Source: Balamuthia mandrillaris (Eukaryota). Taken from it: a stretch of DNA of 64,000 nucleotides. The position numbers and the translations under genes were made by a program. Shown here in pieces: positions 10,155-23,902 of this stretch (positions within the stretch are counted from its first letter, which is position 1; the number at the start of each line of letters is the position of its first letter). The notes below the pieces were generated by a model that made no database searches, was not told the origin of the DNA, and saw only the letters and a program-made list of their open reading frames with translations. The stretch is from positions 1 through 64,000 of the forward strand of contig JAVKOQ020000009.1 in NCBI GenBank assembly GCA_031835245.2, read 5' to 3'.

Positions 10155-10916
10155 GTGTGCTCTCGACCCCGATTTCAGCAAGACTCTTTCTTAGAGAAGT
10201 TCGTTGCAGGTGACTTGAAGGAGAAATTCCTTCAGCGGGAAGACATCGCTAACATGGCTGATGCCCTGAACCTCGTAAGAGACTGGGAATGCGAAGAAGA
10301 GCTTAGACCTCCGGCCAAAGAGCTCAACGGGAAAAGAACAGCAACGACAGCAGTTCGGGCAATGACGGGGAGAAAAAGCGACCCTTTTGCTACAACTGCA
10401 AGTCGAGAGAGGACTGGACAAGAGAGTGCTCGTAAAAGAAACGTGTTGACCAACGCAAGAAGGATACTTTTGGCGGTGCTTTGCGAGACACCAAGGGCAA
10501 TTCTGGAAGCCAAAGCCAGGCGCCAGCCCAAAAGGACAGTGCTGGTGGAAGGACAGGATCTACGAATATTGTCTTCAAGAACATGTGTTGCCTGAAGGGA
10601 TACGTCGCTCTTTTAATCACTGAAAATCACACGTCCATTTTAGCAGACCTTGAGGAAGACATGCCTAGCATTCGAACAACACTTCCACGAGTTCGTCGAG
10701 CTTGGGCAGCTTTCCATCGAACAGCCTGTTTAGCAATGCAGGAAAAGCTGAGCATCACAGACAAGGAATGGAAGCAAGAGGCAAAAGTGTTTTTGCAAGC
10801 CTTTAACCTTCAGTGATATAAGAGAGCAATAAAAAGCAGCAAGCATACCTGTTCATTAAACTCATGTGGCCACTGTAGTGTGTCATGCGCATTGAAAACT
10901 TGGTAACGAAGGCTGA
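10155..10916 (+). pseudogene. Degenerate ORF remnant, possibly the C-terminal part of a RAG1/Transib-like DDE transposase
   Basis: Frameshifted pieces CLKGYVALLITEN..RAWAAFHR..EWKQEAKVFLQAF, then THVATVVCHAH*KLGNEG*, loosely follow the G..W..F..HxxxxH..LG..EGxE order of this family; weak. Confidence 0.3.
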
Positions 10917-11387
10917 TTTTGTCCTGAGCCTCTTGAAATCGTAGGATATTGTTACTTAGGGCGTGAGCTCTGCATAGCCGCCATCCTTGAAAGTATTTTC
11001 TTCACATGTTTGATGGAACGGTGAAGCAAGAAACTCTTCCTCCGTCTTGTAGTGCACAGACCCAGTTGTTCCCCAAACAAACAAAAGCATGAAAGGGTGG
11101 AGGCACAGCGACTGCAACAACAACTGGAAGCGTTCGTGGCTCTTGAGTCAGGTTCTCACCAATCTCCTGCCATAGGCAGCTAAACACAAAATAGCTGATG
11201 TCTTCCTCAGCCACAAACACCCCCCTCCTGCACAGCCACAGCGAAAGACGCCCCCGCCGCTCCTAGTCTTTGTTGTTGTTCCTTCCATCGTCGACCGAAG
11301 GTCCTTTTCCCCCTTTTTATCGGTTTTTGGTGGTGCCCTTTTTTTTATTCTGCTTCTTTTCTCATTCAACCACAAAAAAAAAGCCAC

Positions 11388-11439
<52 letters not shown>

Positions 11440-11469
11440 AGGAGCTCCCTCTTCTTTTTTTTGCATTCA

Positions 11470-14110
<2,641 letters not shown>

Positions 14111-14250
14111 TTCTTGCTAAGCTTGTGCATCCATTTTTTGACTGCTACGAGTCACACCCTTTTATTATCCCTTTATTTTGCAATCCAACAAACAGCTCCA
14201 AATCGCAACATCTCTCTCTCTCTCTCTTCTCCCTTTCTTCCTCCACGCGT

Positions 14251-16018
14251 TTATGTTGAAAATGTTGACAGTAATCCAACCGCACCACCGTCGCACTCCA
14301 CAGCAGGGGCAGCGGGTGGAGGTGATGGGAGGGTAACAACGGATATCCTCCAATGCTCTTCGCCAAGATCTTCTTCGTTTTCATAAATGGTCATCTCAAA
14401 GCGGTGCAGCCGGCCTTTTTCCTGTTGTATGACCAGGTTATCTTTCCCGGTAATGGTCACCTTGATGATAGAATCTTTGTGCTTTTCCCATGCCTCAATC
14501 TTTCTTTTCTCCTCTTCAGTAAAGTCTTCCAGCTCGTCCGTCTCTCTCCACGTATTGCGAGTGCTTGATATTCGAACCCTCTCTTTCCTTCTTCTTTGTT
14601 TCATGTTGGGCTTACGAGGGCTCAGCGTAACGGTTTGAAGCCAGTGAGTCCGGTTGTGGTGGAATTCCTCGATGCCCACACCAACGTTGAACTCGATGCC
14701 CATGTGGATGAGCGGTGGATCCAAAATGTCGTTCTGTTCCCTACCGAGGTCCACATAGCCCTTCCATGTTGTTGTTCTCGATTCCTGGTCTTCCTTCTCC
14801 AGGATCCGCTGTGCCAGCTCTTCCTGCTGAAGCACACCAACGTCAACCAGAATGCCATCCCAGGAAGCCTCCTTCAAGATGGAAGAGGGCAGGTACTTCA
14901 ACCTCACGGTGCTCAGAAGCTCCTTCCAGTCCACTTCCCCACATTGCTCTCGCTGTGTCTTGAATTGGTGGTACGCTTTGAGGATCTGATATTTTTTGTG
15001 CTCGTGTCTCTTCAGGAACGGGAATTTGCTTATTGCCTTCACCACCAACTCTGCCGGTAGCTGAAAGAGAAGATTCTTGTGGAGCACGCTGTCATCGCCA
15101 GCCACATATCCTCTCCTCGGCTTCTTTGTTGCATTTTCTCGTTCTTTCTCTTTTTCCTCTTCCTCTTTCTCCTTTTCTGCTGCTTCTTCTGCTTCATCTT
15201 TGTGGCTGTAGTCAGCGTGCTTGTGGAACAAGCCCTCGCAGAACACCACCACCAGCTTGGTCAAGTTCTCTTCGAATCCTTCTTTCAACTTGGGCAACTG
15301 TTGCCCATATTTCTCATACATTTCGTGCAGCAGAAGGGTGTTGGCCCCTTTGCTTTCCTTGGAGAGGTGGTAGCGAAGCATCTGCGCAACGCAAAAGTCG
15401 GTCAACCAATCGAGCGAAAGAAAGACGGCCGTCTCGAAAAGACTGTACAGTGAAGGTTGCATTCTCTTTCCGTTTTGTTCTTCTTTCTCCTCCTCTTCTT
15501 TATCTTCCTGTTCTTCTCGTTTTCTCTTTGAACCTACTGTAGCGCTAGAAGAGGAAGAGGACAAAGGAGAAGCCTCCACCGGTGAAGAAAAACGAACAGC
15601 GCCGTACTGTGGATCGCAAAGACGATGAAAAAGCTCCTCGTTGTTCAAGTCAACCAAGCCATACAAAGCTTTTACGCATTCTGGTCATCAAGTTCATAAG
15701 CTGATAAGAGAAAAGCCACCCAGGAAAGAAAGAAAGAAAACAAAAGGAGACTCACAAACCAAAAACGGAGGCGGGAGTGATGCGGCCAACGAAAGCGTTT
15801 CGGTCAAGGTCCAACACCAGCGGGCGAGCGTTGGCGTCCTGCCCTGAGCGAAGCCTGAAGTTGAGGCCCGCTCTGAAATAGCCGCTCTGGCAAAGCACGA
15901 GAGAGTGCAGGCTCAAGTCGGGATGGTCGGGCAAGCGCAGCGTCACGTCGCTCATCAGACCATTCTGGAAACCCTCCTCCCCAACGAACCGCAAAAACTC
16001 CTCTGCTCGTTTCTGCAT
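14251..16018 (-). CDS. BTB/POZ-domain protein, copy 1 (one intron ~15682-15760)
   Basis: MSDVTLRL..LSLHSLVLCQSGYFRA; splicing restores VFECVKALYG; LFETAVFLSLDWLTDFC; BACK-like LLSTVRLKYL. Confidence 0.85.
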
Positions 16019-16468
16019 CCCTTTGTTGGTGACGTTACGTTGGCTCTCCCTTAAGGGGGCTTCTTTACTGTACAGTTTCCTTCTTTTGTAACAATTAAAA
16101 AATTTTTTCCTTCCTCTAATGAAGCGGTTCCGTTAGAGCCAATGCAAAAGAGAAAGAGCAACATTAAGGGCCGTCCCCGTAACGCAAACAGTTGAAAGAG
16201 GTTTGTTTGTTGTCTTCATGGCTTGGCAAGAGCAGCCCATGAAGACGCCTCTCGAGCACGTAGCTTACGCGTCCTTCAGTTGCTTTTTTTTGGCGGCTTC
16301 AAGGGGGTCTTGCTTTGTTAGGCTGAGCAGCCTGTTATACCAACATTATTTCTATCTTTACCGTCCACAGTGTACAGTTGCAAGACCCTCTTTAACTTGT
16401 TTCTCTCCCACTTGCTTTGAGGTTCAGCTCTCTCATCCTCCGCTTGGTGACTTGTCGTTGTCCGTTTG

Positions 16469-17050
16469 CTAGTCGGCCGTTTTCTTCGAGTGCCACTCTT
16501 CGTTCTCGTCCTTGCTCGAGCCATCTGGCTCTTTGGTGTCGGAACCCATAGCGTGCGTCCGACGCAGTGTTTTGGTTTGCCTTTGCTCCAAAACGAGTCC
16601 TTCCTCCTCTTCTTCTTCTTTGGTGCTCCGTTCAGGTTGGATGAATTTCACGCTGAGTGAGATGGTAATGCGTTTCATCTTTATAGGGTTGTAGAGTGTT
16701 ATGAGCGTTGGATGTTCGCTGGGTTCGATGTAGACGCTAGCTCCTTCGCTTTGGGTGCAACTTCTTCTGTGCATCATTGAATATGAGTGCCCACGCATGC
16801 TTCCAAAGAGTTGGACGCGCCGGAGAGGCGCTTTCTTGCCATACCACAGGCTTCTTTCTTCTGGTGTCATCCCGCTGACTACGCTGGTACCAGTGGGGTT
16901 CGCATGTAGTCTGCCATTGATGGCTGGTCCTTGGTATTTCTGGTCCATGTTGGTACTGGAGCCTTCATTGAGCTCTCCACTAGCGCCCTGTTCAGTGGCA
17001 CTTCGGAGCGTATTCACGGCCTGAGCCTTCGGGGTGATGAAGTAACTGCA
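16469..17050 (-). other. Unrelated open frame in frame with truncated BTB copy 2 (unknown product)
   Basis: 182-aa ORF plus 11 upstream sense codons directly follow the TAA at 17051-17053; no recognised motif. Confidence 0.35.
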
Positions 17051-18111
17051 TTACGCTTTGAGGATCTGATATTTTTTGTGCTCGTGTCTCTTCAGGAACG
17101 GGAATTTGCTTATTGCCTTCACCACCAACTCTGCCGGTAGCCGAAAGAGAAGATTCTTGTGGAGCACGCTGTCATCGCCAGCCACATATCCTTTCCTCGG
17201 CTTCTTTGTTGCATTTTCTCGTTCTTTCTCTTTGTCCTCTCCCTCTCTCTCCTTTTCTTCTGCTGCTGCTGCTTCTTCTTCTTCTGCTTCTTCTTCGTCT
17301 TTGTGGCCGTGATCAGCGTGCTTGTGGAACAAGCCCTCGCAGAACACCACCACCAGCTTGGTCAAGTTCTCTTCGAATCCTTCTTTCAACTTGGGCAACT
17401 GTTGCCCATATTTCTCATACATTTCGTGCAGCAGAAGGGTGTTGGCTCCTTTGCTTTCCTTGGAGAGGTGGTAGCGAAGCATCTGTGCAACGCAAAAGTC
17501 GGTCAACCAATCGAGCGAGAGAAAGACGGCCGTCTCGAAGAGACTGTACAGTGAAGGTTGCGTTCTCTTTCCGGTTTGTTCTTCTTTCTCCTCTCCTTCC
17601 TGCTGTTCTCGTTTTCTCTTTGAACCGGCTTCAGCGCTAGAAGAGGAAGAGGACAATGAGGAAGCCTCCACCGGCGAAGAAAAACAAGTAATGGCGTCGT
17701 GCTGCGGATCGCAAAGACGATACAAAAGCTCCTCGTTGTTCAGGTCAACCAAGCCATACAAAATTTTGATGCATTCTGTTGTCAAGATCAGAAGCTGATA
17801 AGAGAAAAGCCACCCAGGAAGGAAAGAAAAAAAATAAAGAAGACTCACAAACCAAAAACGGAGGCGGGAGTGACACGACCAACGAAAGCGTTTCGGTCAA
17901 GGTCCAACACCAGCGGGCGAGCGTTGGCGTCCTGCCCTGAGCGAAGCCTGAAGTTGAGGCCCGCTCTGAAATAGCCGCTCGGGCAAAGCACGAGAGAGTG
18001 CAGGCTCAAGTCGGGATGGTCGGGCAAGCGCAGCGTCACGTCGCTCATCAGACCATCCTGGAAACCCTCCTCCCCAATGAACCGCAAAAACTCCTCCGCA
18101 AGTTTCTGCAT
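17051..18111 (-). pseudogene. BTB/POZ-domain protein, copy 2 (tandem duplicate truncated at KYQILKA*)
   Basis: 17052-18146 is highly similar to 14972-16048; similarity stops abruptly at a TAC->TAA position. Confidence 0.75.
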
Positions 18112-18320
18112 CCCTTCCTTGGTGATGCAGCTTAAGTTGGCTCTTCTTCCGTGGTTTGTTTGAGAGGAGCCACGCTACGTTTTTTTTGGATAAGAAAGAG
18201 AAGCGAAAGGTAAATTAATATTTCAAGGAAACGCTGCTTTTTTCATTTTCTGTCGACTATACTGGAAAATATGTTTTTTTCTTAATATTATTTTCAAACC
18301 AAAAAGAAAAATGAAGCGCT

Positions 18321-21300
18321 TCATCTTCGGCGTCCTCCTCGACTGCCACCAACACCACCACGCCTCGCGCCAGAGCCAACCGATGCTGATGATGGTAGTG
18401 ATGATGAATATGGGGAGGATGGCAAGCCGGTGGCAGCACGTTGTGGTCGTGAAGGTGTAGACGCAGCAGCAGAAGGAGAAGAAGAAGGCGAGGCAGAAGG
18501 CAAAGTGAATGTGAGAGGACGTTCGGTCTCGGGTACCTTCCGCCCGATCTTCTCAAGCTGCCGTATCATAGCTTCCAACGTAAGCTTTAGCGTTTGGTTG
18601 GTGTCCTGCAAGCTTTCGTTCTCCATCTCTACTCTCTTCAAGTCCATTCCAGTGCGCTCCAGCTTTTCAATGTACTCGCTGTCCAACTCCTTCAGAGCGG
18701 TTTCCTTGGTGTCCAGCTCTTCCTTCAACTTGGCCACTTCCTGAGAGAAAGCCAGTTCCTTCTCGTCCCAATCCTGTTGAAGCTCTTTGATCCTGTTTCT
18801 CACGACCAACACTTCTTGGTCGCGGATCTGCAACGAGGTCTTCACATCCTCCAACTCGTCCTCTTTCTCTTTCAGTCCATCTTCCAAAGAACGAATATGT
18901 TCTGCTTTCTTCTGGATCATGTTCTGACATTCATCCAACCGATGTTCTTGATCATCTTTCTCCTGTTGCAGTCGTCGCAACTCCTCTTCTTTATCTTTGA
19001 GCAGCTGCATCCTTCCGGTTAGCTCTTCTTCTTTGCGTTCCAGTTGTTCGTTCAAATCCAACACAGCACTTTCCTTTTCGTTCAGCATTTGTTGGATAGA
19101 TCTCACTTCAGCCGCTCGTTCTTCTACTTGTTGTTCTTTTTGCTGCAGTTGTTCTTCTAATTCTTTTGTTTTGTTCTCCAATTGTGCCATTTGTTGCACC
19201 ATTGCTGCCTTCTCTTTAGCGAACTCTGCGTCGGATTGAGTGTAGGCTTCGATGTCTTGTTCCTTCTTTTCAAGTTGAGAGCGTATCTCTGCGATGGTGG
19301 CTTTGGCGTCAGCTTCGTTCTGAGCGAGTTGCTCGAGTTGGCTCTCTTGCTCTTCTATTCTCTGTTCCAACGAGGTTTTGGTTTCTGCCAGTTGTTGCTC
19401 TGTTTCTTTTAACAAAACCGCAAACTCCTCAATTTTTTCTCGTTCAGTGTTTAACTCTTGTCGAATCGTCTGTTCTGATTCTTTAGTGCGCTGGATGTCG
19501 TTTTGAAGATTCTCTATTTGTTCCTGATGCGCTTCTTTCATCTGGTTCATTTCGGCAATCAAAGACTCGACTCGCTCTTCAGCTTTCTGCCTTTCTTCTT
19601 TTTGTGTGCTCAGCTCTCGCTTGACATCTTCCAGTTCAGCGATTAAGTTTTCTTCGCGATGCTTAGCTTCGTTGAGTTGAGTGTCGTTTTCGTCGTGTGC
19701 CTGACGGATTTGTTCCAATTCTCTTTCCAACAGTTCTTTCTCGGCTTGAAGAGCGTCAGTCCGTTGGGTATACTCCGTCTCACGATCGTTCCATTTTCTC
19801 TGAAAGTTTTGCAAAATTAATTCTTTCTCTTCTATCGTATTTTGGAGGGTCTCTTCGATGCTTGAAGTCTTTTCTTGAAGAGCAGCAAGTTCAGCCGTCA
19901 TCTTTTCGATTTCTTTGCTTTTCTCTTCTTCTTTTTGTATCGACTGTTGAGTTACCTCCTCCAACTTGTGTTCTTTCTCTTTCGCTGCTTCCTTCAACTC
20001 TTTCAATTCATTTTCACTTTGTTCTAATTCTTCCTTTAATGTTGCTATTTCTTGCGCTTTTTGTCGTGCGTCGTTCTTGGCTGCTTCCAACTCTTCCTCT
20101 TTCTCCTTAGCTTCTCTTTTCACTGCTTCCAGTTCCTCTTCCACCTGTTTCTTCTCTTTTGTTATCTGCTCCAGCGCTTGCTTATTTTGTTCTAGCTCTT
20201 TCTTCGCTTCCTCCAATCCTTGTCCGTTTTGCTCTGCCGAGTGCTTCAACACTTCTAATTCGTATCCTTTCTGTGCTGCTTCTTTCTTCGCTTCTTCCAA
20301 TTCTTCTTCCTTTTGCGTTGCTTCTTTCTTTGCCTCTGCTAATTCTCCTTCCTTTTCCTTCGCCAGCTTTTTGGCTTCTTCCAATTCTTGTTCGTTTTGC
20401 TCTGCCGTTATCTTCAACTGCTCCAATTCTTCTTGTTTCGCCTTCGCTTCCTTCCTTGCTTCTTCTAATTCCTGCTGCTTCTGCTCCACTTCTTGCTTTG
20501 CTGCCGCTAATTCTTGCTCACCACGTTCTGCTTTGTACTTCAACGCTTCCCATTCTCTTTCCGTTTGCTCAGCCGCTTTCTGCAACTCTTCGATACGTGC
20601 CAAGTGTTCTTCGACTCTCTTTTCCAAATCTTCTTTCTGTTGGTTAATACTGGTAACACGCTCTTGATTTGCCAGCTGTTGTTTGTTCATACTTGCTTTA
20701 ACCTCTTCTAACTCCTTTCTCAAAGTCGTTATGTCCGTCTCTTTGCTTTGAAGTTGCTCCTTGAACGATTCTTTCTCTTTCTCTGCTTGCTCTTTCCACT
20801 CTCGTCTCTTTTCTTTCTGCAAACGCAACAGTTCGGCGTGTTTGTGCTCCCATTTCTTGAGCTTAGCTTCTCTCTCTGCTAGTTCTTCGTTCAACGAGTT
20901 GAGCATTTGCTCGTCGTTTCGCTCTTCCAGAAAACTGTTCAGCTGCTTTACTTTGCTTTCCTTCTCTGACAATTCTTCGCGCAGACGTTCCATCTCTTGT
21001 TGCTGTGCTTCCATCTCGCTCTCCAGCTGCTCTTTCTCTGCTTTCTTTTCGTTCATGATTTGGTCGATTGTGTTTTCTTTTTCTTTCACTTCTTGCTCTC
21101 TCTTTGCAACAGTGGCTTCTATCTTGCTCAGCTGCTCTCTGAGCTGCTCCATCACTGCTTGAACTTGTTCTGATTTCTCTCTATCCCCTCTTTCCACGTT
21201 TTCTTTGAAGGCCTCAAACTCTCGTTTTTCATCATTCTGCTTTTTTGCGAGTTCTTCCATTTCTGCCTCCTTTGCACTCAACTGCGCTTCCATTTCGGCC

Positions 21301-23380
21301 AACCGCTTCTCCATTTCTTCTTTTTGCTGTTGTTCCTTATGTTCGTATTCCTGTCTCAGTCTTTGTTGCTCCTCTTCTTTTTGGGTGACACGATCCTCAG
21401 CTTTTTGCAACTCAATTGTCATCGCTAAAAGTTGCGCAGACAGTTGCGACCGTTCTTCATGTTCTTTGGTCAACTGTTGTTCTGTAGACTCCATTTCTTG
21501 TCTTACAGCCTCCAACTGTTGCTCCAAAGCAGCGACCGTAGCTTCACTTCTCTTCTTCAGCTCTTCGCTCTCGCTGTCTGTCTTGGTTTGTGAGTTGGCA
21601 CGTTCTTGTTCCATTTCTTGATACAGAGCTTCCTTCTCTTGTTGAAACTGACTCTCTCTAGCATCCCACTTTTCTTTAAACTTGTCCACTAACAACTGTT
21701 TTTCTTGCAGGGTGAGATCAAGTTGGTTTCGTGTATCTTCCACTTCTTGGGTTGTTCTCCGCTGCTCTTCTTCCAAAGTTGTAAGCTTTTGGATCGCGGA
21801 CTCTTTCTCTACCATCGCTGCTTCTAGTCGCTGCTTCAGGTCGTGCAAGATATTCTCTTCTACTTCTTTTTCTGCTTTTGCTTGGTTTTGCGCGTCAATA
21901 GCAGTTGATAACTGCGCGCGCAGGATCTGCAGCTCTTCCTCTTTACCTTGCAACTCGCCTTGCAAAGCAGCCACTCTGTCATCATTGTAACCTCTCTTCA
22001 CCTCTCCAGCTTCTCCTTCTTCCTGTTCTTCGTTATTCGGCTTCTCTTTTAGCTGTGCCTGTTCTTGTTGCAGCCGTTCCAATTGTGTTGATTTCTCGTG
22101 CAGTTGCGCTCGTAGCTCAGAGATATCTCCATCCTTGATTTCCAACGTCTTTTTGAAGATGTTGAGCTGCATTTCTTGTTCCTCGTAGGCTTTCGTTAAC
22201 ATTTCGATCTCTGCCATTTTGACCTCCAACAACTTGGCTTCTTGTGATGCAGAGGACGTTGTTGAAGGCTTTGGAGGAGTGGTAGGTGTGCTGCGAACCG
22301 CGTTGTTGATGAGGCTTTTCCAGTTCTTGGTAGGCGTGCTGAAGAAACTGTTCAATGCACCACCGCTGCCGTCGTCGTCACCTCCTCTGCCCTCATCACC
22401 ACCCTCCCCCATGTTGTCTGGTGAATGTTGATCTGCTGTTGCTTCGTTACTTTTTCCAGTGCTGGACTCGCCAGCATCCCCTGCCCCTTGTGGAGATACT
22501 AAAACCTCTCCGTTAGTTTTGTGGTGATGCTCTCCATTGTCCAGAGAAGGATGGAAATGGCTAAGGTCGGAGGGAAGCTTGTCAAAGTCGACGCTCTTGA
22601 AGGATATGGGCACGGTCAACACCTCCAGTGGAGCCAACACTCCCAAAAGCATTTGCACTTGATCCGCATTTCTAAGCAGAGCATCGTCTGAGTAGTACTT
22701 GCTAAAAACATTTCCATCAGCAGCGAGAACGAAACCAAATACAGAAGAAGCATGCGAAGAGGAGGAGGACAGAGGACAACGAAAACCAGTGCCAGAACGA
22801 GACTAACAAGGACAGAGAATACGCTTACCTCATCAAGCCTGAGTCGCCTACAAGAGCCATAATGAGCTCCTTGAGGCGTTTCTCTTTGAACGCCAGGCGA
22901 AGCCACAGGCGGCCTTTACCCTTGCTGGTCTTGGCTTTGGGAAAACCGCTGACCGCGTTCATCATCTTCTTGACCTCAGCTGTAGGCTTCACCTTGGTTA
23001 TGTTCTCCAAAAAATCGAAAAAGTCACGCGGCGAATCCGACCAAAAGGACTTCTTTTCTGTTTTTTTTTTAAAACAATTTTTCAGTGTGCAACAAGAGAA
23101 GAAACGCATCAGAGGCAAAAAGAAATGAGATCTCGTGAGATTCCGTTTGCGTAGAAATGGCGGCAGTCACAAACAAACCTTTCCGTAATCCATGACTAAG
23201 AACAGCTTCCAGCACGCAAAAGAAATGGTCGTACTGCTCCATGGTGGCGTTCATGGTGTTGGAGTTGCCACACGTGTCCAACAGCACTTGAAACGTTTGC
23301 AGCACCTCCTCCTGCAGCTGCTTGATTTCATTCACTTTGTCCGCCTCTAGTACGGAAGGCTGGGGCTCCGGCTCCATCAT
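18321..23380 (-). CDS. RUN-domain protein with very long coiled coil (multi-exon)
   Basis: FFCVLEAVLSHGLRK, KGKGRLWLRLAFKEKRL and YYSDDALLRN RUN blocks; >1200 aa E/K/Q-rich heptad region. Confidence 0.88.
19950..20520 (-). repeat. Degenerate ~14-aa tandem coding repeat (ELEEAKKEAxQKEx) in the coiled coil
   Basis: Visible in the translation and as recurring ttcgcttcttccaattcttc units. Confidence 0.75.
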
Positions 23381-23538
23381 CTTTGTTTTTTTTTTTTTGT
23401 TTTTGGGGCAGAGTATTACCGTTGGTCCATCCAGCAAAACCCCCACCACCGCGCTTCTCTTTCTTCTTCGCTTTTCTCCTTTTCCTTTTTATTTTTTGTT
23501 CGGCTTTTCTGTAGACATGTCATTTTTCGTCGACATGT

Positions 23539-23630
23539 TGACGTAACCAGTTTCCTGCTGACGTAATACTGATGATGTCACTAAGGGAATTTGAAGAATG
23601 AAACGCTATGACATGATTCGAATGACGTCA
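23539..23630. promoter_or_regulatory. Cluster of CRE/bZIP-like motifs in a divergent promoter
   Basis: TGACGTAA 23539 and 23559, TGATGTCA 23573, TGACGTCA 23623. Confidence 0.5.
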
Positions 23631-23902
23631 TGCTGGAAACTTCACGAAATGACGAAGCCATGGCAAGGAGTAGCGGAGAGCGAGCACAATGGGTGGCCGG
23701 ACGTTTCTGCGAAGCGGCTCGCTTTGCGGTGAAAAAAAGTTCCGTGCAGCGAATTGTGCTGGATGGGGAAAATTGCGAGCGTCGGTTCGTTTATTTGTTT
23801 GGCAGGTCATTTTTTCTTTCCTTAACGTATTTCTTTCTTTGTTTTTTTGTGTTAAAAGCGCAACAAAAGGGTGAGTGAGATTGATTAAGGGGAGAAGCGG
23901 AG

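Noticed and set aside
18430..22431. Many plus-strand S/F/C-rich ORFs
   Set aside because: Antisense shadows of the E/K/Q-rich coiled-coil exon.
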